A stretch of 64,000 bases of DNA, taken from NCBI RefSeq assembly GCF_009914755.1, contig NC_060932.1. One strand, written 5' to 3'. Position 1 is the stretch's first letter, and each line of letters begins with the position of its first letter. This DNA comes from the human T2T-CHM13v2.0 reference genome, Homo sapiens. The position numbers and the translations under genes are program-made. Below, piece by piece: positions 12,864 through 26,988 of the stretch. The notes beneath the pieces are model-generated. The model was given only the letters and a program-made list of their open reading frames with translations, did not search any database and had not been told where the DNA came from.

Positions 12864-15305
12864 CTAAAATAATTGCAAAACATAGCTAAGTAGAAAATCT
12901 CAAACATCAACATGGACCCCTAACACTCAAATATGACATTGGTGCATACACATTAAAATGAATATATTTGACTAAGCAACTCTGCATGCCTTCTCTATCA
13001 GCTTACATTTTTTTGTTCTGTGTTGGCAAACATGGTAGATATGTAAAATTTGTTTTATTCTGTCAACAGACTTAAGCATTAAAATACTTTCAATAAGATT
13101 TTTAAAGAAAACTCAGGCTCAGATTTGTATTTAAAAAAGAGCCTTATTAAAAGCAAAATGACTTGTTTCTAATTAATAAAATTCGCAATAATGATAAAAT
13201 AAAGTGGGAAGAACAAAGCTTTCATAAAGGGAAATAGTTGGAAATAAAGACAGAAATGTGGAAGACAAGGTCAATACAGATTGAAGTATCTGGTCAACCA
13301 TTACCTATCTTCCCTGAGAGGAGAAAGGGCACTCCTGCAGGTGAGAGGACTGAATACTCAGAGGTAGCCGACTGCTCTCACTCAGGTTTGTCAGGAAGTG
13401 TCAGTAGAAAACCTTACATTGTAACTGACAATCCTTTCAGCTTTGGAGAACCACATCTGACACTGAGATCCATAAATTCAAATAAATTGAATTACAAAAG
13501 TGAACATAAATGATGACATTCCAAAAACACTGTGGTGCTTATCAGATTATTAGACTTAACTGCAACATCACACAATGAACAAGAAGCTATAACTACATTG
13601 ATACTAAGTTCTCTAATAAATATAATCTATGTTCAGTGAATAGAAGTAGCACTACACTTGGTATCATAAATGCTGTCATGTGAGATAATGCCAGTGACAT
13701 CGGTTGTTGTCAAAGAGCTAATCTTCCATGACAAAAAATAGAAAGTTAATTTAGACTTCAGGAAGGAAAAGAGTTTAAATGTAATATCTACTATGCTAAT
13801 CACACTACAAAATCATTTCCAAAGCATAAAAATGCCTATTTTTAATAAATGTTTATATTTCACAAGCCATTTATATATGTAGTCTTGTGCTATTATAGAG
13901 TCTGCCAATCGCCATCCTCTCTCACAAAGCCTAAGATAGCTTCCTAACTGGATTCCCAGGTTCATAACTGCTGAAATCACCATCCAAAGAGAATATAATC
14001 TGAGTTACTAGAAGTGGAGGGTGGTGCACTCTGCTCACTCTTTAATGGCTATCTTTGCCCAAACTGGTGAAAGTCTCAGTTCCTAGGAGCAGAATATAAT
14101 ACCTCCACAACTGAGTCCTCACACACTTCTCCAGAATCATCTGCTACCAGCACTGGCTTTGAACTTAGTGAGGACTCCATGCCATTTCAACTTTCCATAA
14201 TTTTGCAAATACTCCTTCTCTCCTCTGGAGGGGATTGGAAGATGCAGAAGCTGGAGTGTAATGGGTTAAAAAAATGAATGAAAAATAAGGTAAAAAAGTA
14301 ATAGTGGATTCTTCTTTCAAAATCGTGGCTGTTGTAGAGGGGAGAGGGATTAGATGGCAGAAAAAAGAAATGTGGGGGTCAAGAGGGGTTTTATTTTAGT
14401 ACAAAGTAAAATTTGAGGTGCTAAATCCAAACACACATTAAATTATAAAACTTTTTAAAAGTTACTATCTATTCTGGAGCTATGGTATGATCATAGCAAT
14501 TCTACAGGAATGAGAGAGAATACATTGTCCTAGGATTAAAAATTCAACAAATAACAAAACTCAGAGCAACATATTGGCCTTAAAGGAAAAAAAATCAAAT
14601 ATTATTCCTCAGCACACAGTGAAAAAATCAGCCAAAGTACCATTTGGATTCAGTACTTAAGTTTTCAGTAAATATGTAGTGTCATTCCTTAAACTTTCAA
14701 TAGGTGGCATAAGAAAACCAGAGATTTAGAGACTGTATTAGATTTACTAACTTATTAAAATATTTCACGACTTTCCTACCTATAGTCATAGGCTTTGGGG
14801 TAACTACAGAGATGCTTGATTTATGAACCCATGTGGACACAAAACAGGCTCCATAGATGCCCACAGGGAGGTTTGGGAAGTCTTTTAAAATAAACGAGAC
14901 CCTCATGTAAAAAAGACTGAGAAACCACTAGATCTACTCTATTAAATCACGTGACAAATGATAACACTAGTAGTGTAGAATTGTGTGTATTTTTACTTTC
15001 AAGGTAATATAGTACAGTAGTGCTGGAATTGGAATCAAGAAACAACATTCAGTTCATGACGTTCCTAAATGTGTGGTTTTGGACAAAGAACAACTGTCTG
15101 CCTTAGAGCTGATCTTAAAAATTAAAATTATCCTGTTCCAATTTCTACTAGAAAAATACTACATAATTTCAGAAGAGAAAAAAAGTAGTTAATTATTCTG
15201 TAAATGATGTGAAACAAATTCCAGGTAAAACGTGATTCTGTAAATGCGGATACCTGTCAGGCTCTGGCACACCTGGGCGAGACTCGAGGATGAGGACAAG
15301 CTTAC

Positions 15306-15398
15306 CTGCCTCCACAGGAACCTGCTCCTCGGGCTCAGTGTGTGGCTCAGCCTCTTCTGGCGGGACTGCTGGCTCTGAAGTAGATCTCTCTTTAAGTC
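15306..15398 (-). CDS. ASPH: ASPH exon 4, (G)LKERSTSEPAVPPEEAEPHTEPEEQVPVEA(E), 93 nt; first exon specific to ASPH/junctate
   Basis: A-rich TGCAG acceptor, GTAAGC donor, matches ASPH protein. Confidence 0.95.
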
Positions 15399-17959
15399 CT
15401 GCATTTTTTTATTCACAAAGTTAACTTGAGTTTTTGTGGGGTTTTCTGTCACATTAAACCAGGAAAAATAATATTTTCAAACATTTAATTAATAGTGCTG
15501 CTAATTAATAGTTTCTAAAATTGTATGCTTAAAAAGTGAGGTAGGAAAACAGTTTGCTCTTCAACTTCACATGAGCCTTGAATATATCTCTTTGTCTTAG
15601 TTAGCTTTTCACTTCAAATTAAAACAAAATCATTGTTTAAATGTTCATGAATCTCTAAAACAGTCATGTCTAAACCTGCCAAAAGTTCAATATGAGTTCA
15701 AGCTCCTTTTGTTTTCATAAGCGATTAATTCCTAAGTCCTGCAGTTTGAATTCAGCAATGAGGCAACTAAAATGCACTTGAATTTTCTGTTATTCAGGTA
15801 CACTCGATGTTTTCACTTATATAATTATTTATTCTACTTGAAAAACAGTTAAAAAGAAAAAGAAATCATACATAACTATTTATTATCATCTAAAGGAAAC
15901 CCCTACAAGTAATCATATTATTCTATAACAGCTAAAACATATGAAAATTTAAAAGTTCTTCTCCCTTTTACAAGTCCTAATAAGACAGCAGGGTATGTTA
16001 ACATGAAACTTATTTTAAAGTCAAGGCCAGTCTAAAATCTATTATATTAACTTAGTTATTTGAAGTTATTTGATATTTTGTATGTGGAACATTAAAATAG
16101 GTCCTCAATTAAATCCAAGTATTTAGAAAACAGCTAAATTCAAGAGTTCAAAGATTCCGTTTGCTGATCCTGGACTCCTCCTGACCTCATTAAGAATCTC
16201 CTACCAAGAGTAGTCACTGTGCATGGACAGCCTGCGGCAGGAAGGTCAAGGTGATGTGAAGGGCAGTATTCTAATCTTAAGCAGCTCTGTGCAGCTCATG
16301 TATGCACACTAATGTGGTCTGGAAAATTTTCATTTCGATGTATTACTCTTCTTTTTTATTATTTTTCCTATGTCTCTTCATGTTTCTTTTATCGACAAAA
16401 ACATACTCCCACATTCCTCTTCCCAAATCTTAAAAGAAACAGAGACAGATACACAGGACCCTGCCACATCACTTACATTTCCTCTAGTTACCATTTGCAA
16501 CACTATTTCCACACAAAACTCACCACTAGTACACCTGACACCAACACATACAGTTGTGTTCTATACCTAAGTTACCTCTAACTGTAAGACAGGCTGCAAA
16601 GGGATTATACACAGGTCCTAATTGTAGTTCAGGTTCAGGGAGGAGGGGGTAGAGATGAAGGCCTAGTAAAAGACATCACATTTCAAATTCAAATTTAGGG
16701 CTGCCCTCCCTTTTACCATTTAAATAATCATTTTTACATCCCTCAACTGTTAATGGAACAGGTATGGAATGATTCATTGCCAAGTTCTGCTGAATGAATG
16801 GGAAAAAGCTTAAGAATCTCAAGAATCAAGTAATTTATCTTTGCACTCTCAGCACCTCAGCTAACACTTGGCACATAGCAATTGCTCAATGAACACTTGT
16901 TGAAGGGCTGAATACACCCAGTGGTGTGACTACTCTGCTAAGTCTAAATGGCTGTGGAGATTCCCTGCAGGGCCAGGGCTTCTTAGGTGCACTCCAGTAG
17001 CTGAGTAGAAGAGGGAAGGGGACTCACATTAGTACTTCTCTACTCCTATGTACCAGAGATCCGTATTTCTGCTCCAGCATCCACCATTTCAGTGTCATAA
17101 GTCTAGTTTGCCTGAGACACTCCCAGTTTATGTCTGCTGTCCTGAGATTATTTCACTCTCAAAACTATCTGTCTGAATGAAAAATTACAGGGTCATCCTT
17201 CACTGACCCCACTTTAGCAGGCTCTCAAACTGTGTTCCGTGTGTTATACAAGCAATGAAATGTTTTCTCACCAAACGATAAAGATCTAAACTGCCTGAAA
17301 ACCCCATTCTTAATGAGTTTTGAAGTTTCATTTGAAAAGTCATAATGCTACGTGTTCAAATACTACTAGTATACCAACATTCCGACATACAATGCCCCTG
17401 AGAGTCAGCTTTCTCTAACCAACTTGAACTTATTTGTCTCTAAAATTGAAATTGCAAAACATAGGAAAAACAGGAGAAAGCAAAAGCACAGAGCAAAAAA
17501 TATTGATTATTTTACCCTGTCCAAAGTGGAAGGTGTATTATAAAATTGTTAATACCTGGTCATAGCTATTTCCAGATATGAAATCAGTACAAAAAAAAAT
17601 TGTAAACTTCAAAGAAGCTGAGATCATATTACTGTATCTCCTCCTCTAGACCTCTATAAACTTTTTGAAACTTAACAAAAACACATTCTAGACTATAATT
17701 GCTTTAACAACCCATATGGAAGAATTTGCCGTACAAGATTTTATTTCAGTGTTTCCAAAAAACTTTTTGCCACCCAAGCTCATTTTAGTTCTAAAATTTG
17801 AGGGAAAAAGCAAGCGAAAATGAATCAAGAAAAGTAAATGCATATAAGCTCAATTCAGTCATAGGAAAGGTTTTCAAAAATGGATTTATTATGAGGTACA
17901 AGTGGCAATGAAGTAGCAATGAAATAAATATTCAAAATTAGGTTATGACATGAGATGTG

Positions 17960-18300
17960 TCGGTTTCGATGTTCCTGGGGCTGCAGTTACCAAACTGCCA
18001 GCTTATAATGGTTGGGTAGGAAGGAAATTTATCATCTAACTAAACAAGAAGTGCGGAGGCGGCTGACTGCATCGCAGGTCAAGCTTCACCCTCAGGCTGG
18101 CAATCAGAGCTCCCCAGCTGCAAGCTTCTTTTTCAGACAAGGCGATGTCCAGAAGCAAAAGGAGCATCTCTTGCTCTGCTTCTTTCTTAGGCTTGAGGAA
18201 ATTTTTTCCAGAAGCTACCAGCAGTCTCCCTTTTCAGTGTTAATCATCAGGACTGGGACCCACTTCCATTCCTGTGCTGCCAAGAGGAACAGGGTGTCCA
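17960..18300. mobile_element. Old MaLR LTR (MLT1J/K/L-like) remnant
   Basis: Resembles recalled MLT1 motifs (ATCAGGACTGGGACCCAC...TGCCAAGAGG); subfamily uncertain. Confidence 0.4.
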
Positions 18301-19005
18301 CAGCCGCCTTCCAGTCATTATGTATGGTGAATAGATACTGCCAGTCCACAGCAATGGCCACAACATGATTTGGAAAACACATTAATTCCCTTAAAACATA
18401 CCTCGGTTTTAGTTCTTTAGGTTAATCAGATAAATTTGGAAATTATAAAACATTTGCATTTAATCACTATATAATTGCCCCTCCAATTTTAATTAAAATT
18501 AGATGAAGCTATGAAATGCAAATGAAATCAGCACTTTAAATCAACCACTCATAGCAAATATGAGTGACACAAATACCCAAGCCCAGGATTAGCTTACTTT
18601 ATTCACTGCTGCCCATAATGAGAAAGAATCAATATATTTCTTTCCATAAATATGCAGTAGTTGTAAACTTACTAAATTGTATGTTGTATTTAATCGTTCA
18701 ACAAATATTTAGCACCTATTAATTCAAGGCATTATTCTACAGTAAATGAAAACAACACACCTACCTTCCGGGGGAGAGAGAAACTTAAAAAATAAGAAAC
18801 ATGAACTATTTAGAGTATATTGGATGGGGACAGATAGTACAGGGAAGACACAGAACAGGGAGCACATTAGGGAAAAGTGGGGGTGGGGACTATTCATAAT
18901 ACTTTGGCAAAAGGACTCACTGATAACATGTGAACAGACCCTGAAGGAAATCAGGGATGTGGCTATGTAAGTTACACGTGTGTTTCGGGTAGGGAACTGC
19001 AAGTT

Positions 19006-19357
19006 CAGTCATGTGTTGCTTAACAACAGCGATACATTCTGAGGAATGTGTGGAAATACATGTTGAAATGTGCCATTAGGAAATTTTACCACTGTGGGAA
19101 CATTGCAGTGTGCCCAGGCAAACTTAGAAGGTATAGCCTGCCACAAACCTAGACTGTATGCAACATCCTATTGTTCCCAGGCTACAAAACTGTACAGCAC
19201 GTACTGTACCGAATACTGTAGACAATTGTAACACAAAGTGTTTGTGTATCTAAACACAGAAAAGGTACAGTATAAATATGACACTATGATCTTATGGGAC
19301 CACTATCATACATGCAGTCCATCCTTAACCAAAATGATAGCATGAGGCATGTGACTG
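19006..19357. mobile_element. Tigger3/MER7-type Tc1-mariner MITE inserted in an L2 fragment
   Basis: Ends CAGTCATGTG... and ...CATGTGACTG followed by TA; internal CCCAGGCTACAAAACTGTACAGCA typical of Tigger3. Confidence 0.85.
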
Positions 19358-20209
19358 TACGAAATTCCTCAACTGGGCACATATTTGGCACCAAGGAAAA
19401 GAAAGGTGACTGAGGCACCAAGAGAGGTGTGCATATCAGAAAGGCCCTGGATGCTGGATCCAAGGGCTGTGACTTGAGGGAACACAAAGGATTTACTTCT
19501 CCTAAGAGTTATAAGCAAGCCACTCCCTCAACAAAACCTGGGAAACAATTATAAACTTACTTTGTTTCATACAATTTCATACACCTAGCCCATTAAAAAG
19601 CTAAAAAGTTTTTTAAAATTAGTGTTTTAATCTTTAGTTTACTAATTCAAAGGTGTACAGATGAAAGAAAACGTGTCCTTACTAATCCAGGTTACTCCAG
19701 CTATGGTTATCTGTGCTCAGGGTGAGTGCTCAGAAGTGGTACTGTTTCAATTGCAAGGAGTCTAGCAGTATAAATCAATTTATCCCAAGAATAAGGCTCA
19801 TAGGTATATGAAATTTGAGAAATATTCTGGAAAATCAATACACCAGAAAGGCATGCATACTAGGTAACCACGTTAATCCTCGTTGTCGCTCCTGGCTTGT
19901 GTAATCAGTGAATACAGATCTTCCTCAGTATACCAACAGCAGTCTCGGAACTTACCAAAATTCTGAGACTACCAGGTACTCAAAGCTGCCCCATGATATG
20001 CAGTAAGAGCCATTCCAGATTCAAAGCATCTTCAAGTAACCCAAGCTGGACAGACAGATTTCAAACAGACATAAATTACAAAAGAATTAAACACTGCCAA
20101 TAAGGTTCCCAAGAGCCTGGTTTCAGCACCAATGAAGGGACTCAACAAAGACTGGTGAGAGTGGACTCACTTTAACATCATGAAAAATACAGTTCAAGGA
20201 CATGCAACT

Positions 20210-20385
20210 CAGCATGGTGTGTAAGTTCAGGCACCTGGGACAAGAGGATGCCTTTGAATTCCATTTGAATTCTATCTCAGTGTTAACCACAGCTACACTT
20301 TTTGGTTTCCACAAATGCAAAAAGGGGACAAAACAGGACCCCTAAGAAGGGCTTTAAGAATTAAATGAGATAATTTAAATAAGTA
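20210..20385 (+). mobile_element. MIR
   Basis: GGTTTCCACAAATGCAAAAAGGGGAC...AAGAATTAAATGAGATAAT. Confidence 0.6.
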
Positions 20386-21710
20386 TTTTTCCAAAAATTT
20401 ACCATTTCATTAATTTCTTCTAAAAAAAATCTTTACACCCCCCTCCCTGCCAGTCACAGGTAACTTCCAAGGTAGTTAAAACACTGCAATTACTGAACAA
20501 TCTTTTGGGTTCTTCAAAAACACACACACACGGTTTTCTTCTTCCTAATATTCTTCAACAGTATATATACACCTGAAATATTTTTAGATAATTTATTTTG
20601 TATAGTCACCATTCAATAAACAAACAATGAATGCCTATTAGTGTCAGTTACTAGGATAGGTGCTCGAGATAAATCGTAGTCTGGCAGCAAAGTCCAAGAA
20701 TGAGGCAAGGTGATGAGTGCGATAACTGGAGTGTGTGGGATGCAGCCACTTGGGAGGGTCAGAGATGTCTGAGTGCAGAGGTGATGACTGGGCTGGGCCC
20801 CGTGGGAGAGACAAAGGCAGCCCACCACACAGAGCAGGAGCACATTCAGGAGCACGTTCTAGGCAGAGGGACTAGTGGGCTGTACTGACAATCGTTTCAG
20901 TCTCATTACTTTCTCTCTCAGCCCCTTGCTTATTTTGCAGCATTTCACTGGAGGGATTGCAGCCACCTCAATCTCTTGTATCCCCCATGCCTTGCCCAGT
21001 CCCGGCATGCTGTAGATACTCAGAAATATTAGTTGAATCAATAAATGGGAACTACAGACACAGCATGTTGGTGTTATATAATTATCAAAAATAACCCAAC
21101 AGCTTTAAGCATAGATCATCTCCCTCTAATAGGACACAAGAGAAGTGATACATAAGGCAAAGAAGATGGAAATGAGAGGCAGACTTCTATGATGTATGCA
21201 TACCTGACTTAACATGGAGCAATAAATAGATACACAAAGTGAAATCAAATGAGGCACTAAATGAGAACAAAGAAAAAAGAAATGGATGACTTTCTGCTTT
21301 GTAAGGCTTACAGAGCTCTTGCAGAAATTGATTCCTAGGTAAAAACGATAGCCAAGGAATAAACATCCAGCTTATACAATTATATTCTTAGGCAAATGGA
21401 GAAGAAAGGATAAGACACCAAAGACTGTTATTGAGGAATCTTTCAGATTAGCCCAAGCTAGGTTTTTCATGAAAATAACCTTATGGGTCTGCTACATATC
21501 ACCCATCCTTTAGTTTCCTAAACACAAAAACTTTCCTTTTAAACTGAATGGGGCAAAATGGAGAGAGCTTAACAACAAAATAAACTTTATCACCTGACAT
21601 CTAAATGGCAATATTTATTATCAAGTCAACATTCTCTTATATTCTTTCAATGGTCTAAAACTATTGTTGACCAATAATTGTTTGGAATGAGATCTCTCTC
21701 TTCTCCCTAG

Positions 21711-21964
21711 CTTTTTTTTTTTTAATTTTTAAATATAACTTCAACTTCTATTTAGATTCAAGGAGCACGTGCAAGTTTGCTGCATGGGTATATTGCGTGA
21801 TATTGAAATTTAGAATATGAATGATTCCATCACTCAGGTAATGAGCATAGTATCCAATAGTTAGTTTTTCAACCCTTGTCTCCCTCCCTCTCTCCCCTCT
21901 CTAGAAGTTCTAGTGTCTCCTGTTTCCATCTTTATGCCCATGAGTACCCAATGTTTAGCTCCAC
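21711..21964 (-). mobile_element. L1PA (old primate L1) 3' end, 5'-truncated
   Basis: Poly-T followed by L1 3'UTR (GTGCAAGTTTGCTGCATGGGTATATTGCGTGAT...ACCCAATGTTTAGCTCC). Confidence 0.85.
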
Positions 21965-24900
21965 AGCTTCTTATTTTGAAATACCTATTTTGGCCCATCC
22001 CATTCACCTCTCTGTATTTGGGCAGGGGGAGAAGTAGGAATGGGATGGGTAGAAAAAGGGGAAACAAACTCCATCATCTGCCTGCTTTCAGTGCACCAAT
22101 TCCTCCTCCTTCTGGTAAAAACACACTAACTTCCTTAGAGGACTCCAATTTTTCTTTACCCAACAGTTTAAAAGTGGGCACTCACATATCCCAGGGTGTC
22201 ACCAATCACAGCTTTCTTATCTCCCACCCCATAAGGAGTAGGGTTGAAGATGAGCACACGAGACTCTGCCCGAGAAGAAAGCCAACATTCCTGAGGGTCC
22301 ATAGACAGATGGATGTTGAGAACACTGTTCAAGCACCTAGATCCAGCATAACAAAAGAAAAAAGCCAAAACTACTCCTGGGCTTTACAATTATGTGAGCC
22401 AATCCATGATTTTTGTCCATGTAAGGTATCTGAATGGATTTAACACCATGGATGTAACCAAAGAAATTCTGGAGAACATTCAGAAGTAAAACTAAATATA
22501 TTCCTAATATCCCAAGGCAGAATGATAAATGCATTTTCCACAGAAACATAGTTACAATGAGAGTTGCAGAAATGGATATTAGAATTAAATCAATTTTTGT
22601 GGACCAGAGTAAAAAAAAAATCTCTGAAGACCATAAAATCTCATCTATGGAAAAATGTGTTCTGAATACAAAACAAACATAAGTTTTTCACAATTAGGCT
22701 GGTTATTAGGCTTCTCGATTGTACCATATACTTAAGGCTATAGTTTATTTCATAACTTTTTTTCTAGCCTTCATATCTTGTGTTTTCAGGTTGTCACAAT
22801 ATTCTTTTAAAAATTAAGCATTCTTACGGCTTCACTCATGTGCAACATTTATAATTATTTGCATTTGCCCCCTCAATGATCTCAATAGAATAAATCAGGC
22901 TCCACTATACTCATTTCACAAAGACACATTCATTACAAAGGATAAAGGACTGAAATATTTGTTTTGCAATCTGTTGACCTAAGTAGGAATAGGAAGCACA
23001 GTTTCAGTGCTTCCAAGTTTTTAACCCCTGACTGAGACGTTTTGGTTGAGTATTACTATTCTTATTCTACCAATGATAAAGGGAAACTGAATGCCCAACC
23101 ATGTGCTGGCTGTTTACACATATGCAACATTGACTGGTTCTCACAACCACCTTGAGGAATAGGCATTGTCTTCAATTTACAAATGAGGAAAACAACCATT
23201 TCCAAGGTGCATTTTACAATGGAATATTCTGAGCAATCGATTTTGAGAATTATTACCAGTGGGCATTAACAGGAGAAGAAATAATTGAGGACACAGGAGA
23301 AAGAAATCAATGTCAGGAGATAGAGCCTAAGTCACCAGATCCATTTCATGGACAGTAACATGACAGTTAACTTAAAACATTTCAAATTACAAATGACACT
23401 TGTTTACTTCTTTTCTTTTTCAATGGAAGTGTCTATGGGGAATCTTTATTATCCAAGTATCATTATGAGGACCTCTGAAGTTACAAACTTGCATAGCTAA
23501 GCAGGTCATAATACAAAATATTCTCAATAAAGCAACCACCTACAGAATTAACTTAAGTAGTCCTCTGGATTAATTCAAGTGTTCATGCTGATTGATTTAT
23601 GTCAATTTCATCAGTCTCTCATTGTGAAATTTTGAGACGATCATCTATATACAATGCAAATTACCTATAAAATAAAATTGAAAGACTTGTTTAAAAAAAA
23701 AATTCAAAAGAGTGGCTACCAATGACGTTAGGAATAACTAAAATTCATTCACATACGAAGCCATTAGAAAATGAAACAGAAATTAGATGACACAACAAAT
23801 GACCAAAAATTTGATGATGATGTAAGTGCTTCAAAAGGAAGTATCTAAATATTAAAGGATAGAAGATCATCCTGGAAAAATTGATTAGCACTCAAATATT
23901 TTCACAAAATTGACTATCTCTTAACAATGATTTTGCTACTAAAATGTGAAATGTTATCTTTTTCTCACAAAGTTTAAGAAAAATATGCCAATAATGTCAT
24001 TTAAAAGATTTGTAATCAAGTCACAATATAATTTAAATAAAATGTTGTTAGGGGTATGGCAAAATAAACTTACATTTTTAGTACTTAATTTTCCCTTTTC
24101 AGGTCTTCCCGAAAACAGCTTCTGACTCCCAACTACCTAGTATTGTGAATTTTTTGTCCCGTTGTAGCTGGCTTATTTAAAAAGGTAACCTTTCTGGTTT
24201 TAATTATACTTAGAAAACAATATGAAGCAAACAATACAGAAATAACAACCTACTGAATAAAAAGTGTAAAACTGAGAGTGCAATGCATGATTTTAACCCT
24301 CTAATCATGACTGAAAGCTTGTTTTTAGTTGAAGCTTAAATATTACGCAGTTGGATAAAGTGTGACTTCAACTTCAATAAAAGTTAGTTGAAACATTTAC
24401 AAAAAGAAAGAAAAGAGAAGGGGAAAAGAAGAGAGATGGGAAAAAATAAATCAAGTTCTAGTCTACAAGTGCTTTTAAAGGATCTTTAAATGTTTTAGTT
24501 GAGGTGTTTCAATTCTTGAGCTAACAGTCAAAGGAAAAATCAATGAGATAGCCAAAACATTTCAAAGTACTTTACTAAATAGCAATAGACAATTCTTATG
24601 TGCTTTTGATGATTAGGTTATTCCAAAATATTTTCACTCATTTGTTTAGAATTTAGTATTTATGTATTTTCTGCCACATAGCCATTGAACTTAAAAACTA
24701 AGGTAAAAATTACCAGAATGCTCTCAACAAATTCACTTATAATTGTTTGCCCTTCTTCAAGAGAGAACAAAAAATCTTTAGTGAAGACAGCACTTAAAAT
24801 TTTGTACATAAGTTTTAAAAAAACATTCCATTTATCTCAGGAGAAAAGATCTAACACGGGGATATGGTTTGAGAATCGTGTAACTTTCATATGCCTGGGG

Positions 24901-26200
24901 GACATGTTCTGCTTCTTCTTCTGTCCAGTTTTCAAAGCCTCACTTTCTTGTCCCAGAAGCCCTACATTTGATGAAGTTTGAGTGGGACCCACTCAACTCC
25001 CATTCCAAAGCTTTGTGCACAGGTGTGCGCCTGGGAAGAATCACCATCCTCAACTACAAAAATGGTCCCAGATGTTCACCAGGCCTAACCAGGCCAACTG
25101 GAATTATCTCTCCCAGAGCCATCTGCATTGGGATTGGTAAACTAGAGACTGGTCTGGAGCCTGCTGAGGGCCATCTTGGTTATCAAGTGGTAGCATCTCC
25201 AAATAGAATAACTCAGGCAGAAACCAGCACAGTTAAGACTTAGGAAGTGAGCTAAGAGGAAAAAGAACTCTGATTCCAGGTCTAGACTTGGGATCTAGTC
25301 ATCTGAAGTTAGTGCCCTGTATCTGCCAAACAAAGCAGCTGTAGAATTCCCTTTTTGGTTTACAATGTTCTTGTAATGTGTAAAAATGGCAAAATCCTGA
25401 CTAATCAAAACATAAAACTCCAAGTTATCAGGTTACAATATCTTCAGGCCTTAATTTTTAAGCAATAAAATAACAGGATTATATTGGAGATATTAGATAT
25501 TCTCTAGGATTTCTTCTCTGTTGTATAATTCTATTGAGTTGAAGTTTCTGTCAACTAAATGTCGTAAAGTATTTGACTTTAAATAGTAAAAGGCGTTAAC
25601 CTAAGAAAAAGGTGTACAATACATTTAGAAATATTTACACTTAAACATACTCATTTCTGAGTTGAAATATCTTTAATTAGATCAAAAATCTCGTTTTTAA
25701 GATCTTCATAAAAAAGTAAATAAATATGTTTTAAAAAATAAAATCTTAGTGGTAGCATTTTTGATTCTGTTGTTAATAAGGTTAACATTAAGAGAATCAA
25801 AAATGCTACCACAGAGATTTTATCATTATCAACTAACTGCATTTCACAGTAGTCACAATTAGATATTTAATATTTGAGGCACAGAATAGTACAAACCATT
25901 TGTAGAATTAATTTCTCACTAAAACTTCACTTTTATATTAAATGTTTTCTAAGGTGCTAAATTCTGATCTCTAGTGAAGAGATTACATTTGCAATTCCTT
26001 AGAAATGGTAAATAATAATGACACAATCAAATATGAAAAATGTATGCCATTCAACCAAAATAATGGAAAAAAAGTGTGATATAAAATGAAAGTACATTCT
26101 AATCTGAAATAATTAAAACCTTTCTATAGTTATTCTAAGACTATAAAGGTATCATAAATAAAAGTGTTCTGAAACTGTTCTTCTAAATACAATTCTCCCC

Positions 26201-26206
26201 TTTATT
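26201..26206 (-). terminator. Candidate AATAAA poly(A) signal for the junctin mRNA
   Basis: TTTATT on the + strand about 780 nt past the junctin stop, followed on the transcript by U/GU-rich sequence; use not proven. Confidence 0.5.
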
Positions 26207-26988
26207 CATGGCTATGGCCACAGTTCTCGGAGCAGTGTATGTGGCACATGGTAAGCACTAAGTATGTACTGGATGATGGGAGAAGGGTGAGGTTGTTGTA
26301 GGGAGGTCAGGAGTGAGAAGCATGCAGGAGTGAGGGGCAGCGGTGAGGTGAGGAGTGAAGGAAAGGAGAGAGTAAAAGACTTGGGGAGGGAGACTAGAAA
26401 AGGGGAGATAAGAGGGAAAAGGGGAAGGAGAACCCATGAAAAGCCTGAGGAACGGCCCCCTGAAAGGCTGCGGGAGGGCTGGGAGGGCTGGAGAGGAGGG
26501 AAGGTGGTGGCACATGAGCCTGGGGAGGTGTCCACGAAAGAGAAAAACAGGGAAGCAGGAAGGGGAAGGAGGGAAGAAAACAACGAGCAAATCCATCTCC
26601 CTGAGTATTTAGCATACTTGAAAAAGTTACAAGGCATTATGCACAGAAATAACATTTAAAATCTTAATATTCTTATTTAACGTCAATGAAAGTATTCAAT
26701 ATATTAATCCATAAAAATTCATGATACATATACATTTATCTGAATACATGATCAATAAATAGAAGTTATTACATCATATTCTATGACATTTTTAAAATGT
26801 TTTTACATTTAGAAGTATGAGACGGTATATTTAAATTTCAGGTAATTTACTTGCTAAGCACCAATGATACATTCAATGGCTAATTTACACACCCTCACCA
26901 ATCAGAGCAATATTACATTTTCCATGCTTTTTTGTAACAAACTGCAATCTGGAACATGACCATGTTCTGGGATGATGATGCCAGAGCT

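Noticed and set aside
15246-15253. GTATCC, suggesting a U12-type donor, alongside the pyrimidine-less exon 4 acceptor
   Set aside because: Lacks the TT of RTATCCTT, and no CCTTAAC branch site precedes the relevant acceptors
21913-22443. 176-aa ORF
   Set aside because: Starts inside an L1 3'UTR fragment, antisense to ASPH, no coding hallmarks
24823-24830. ACATTCCA miR-1/206 seed match downstream of junctin
   Set aside because: On the + strand, so not present in the ASPH-sense RNA
26212-26659. Four overlapping ORFs
   Set aside because: Explained by the low-complexity GA/CT tract
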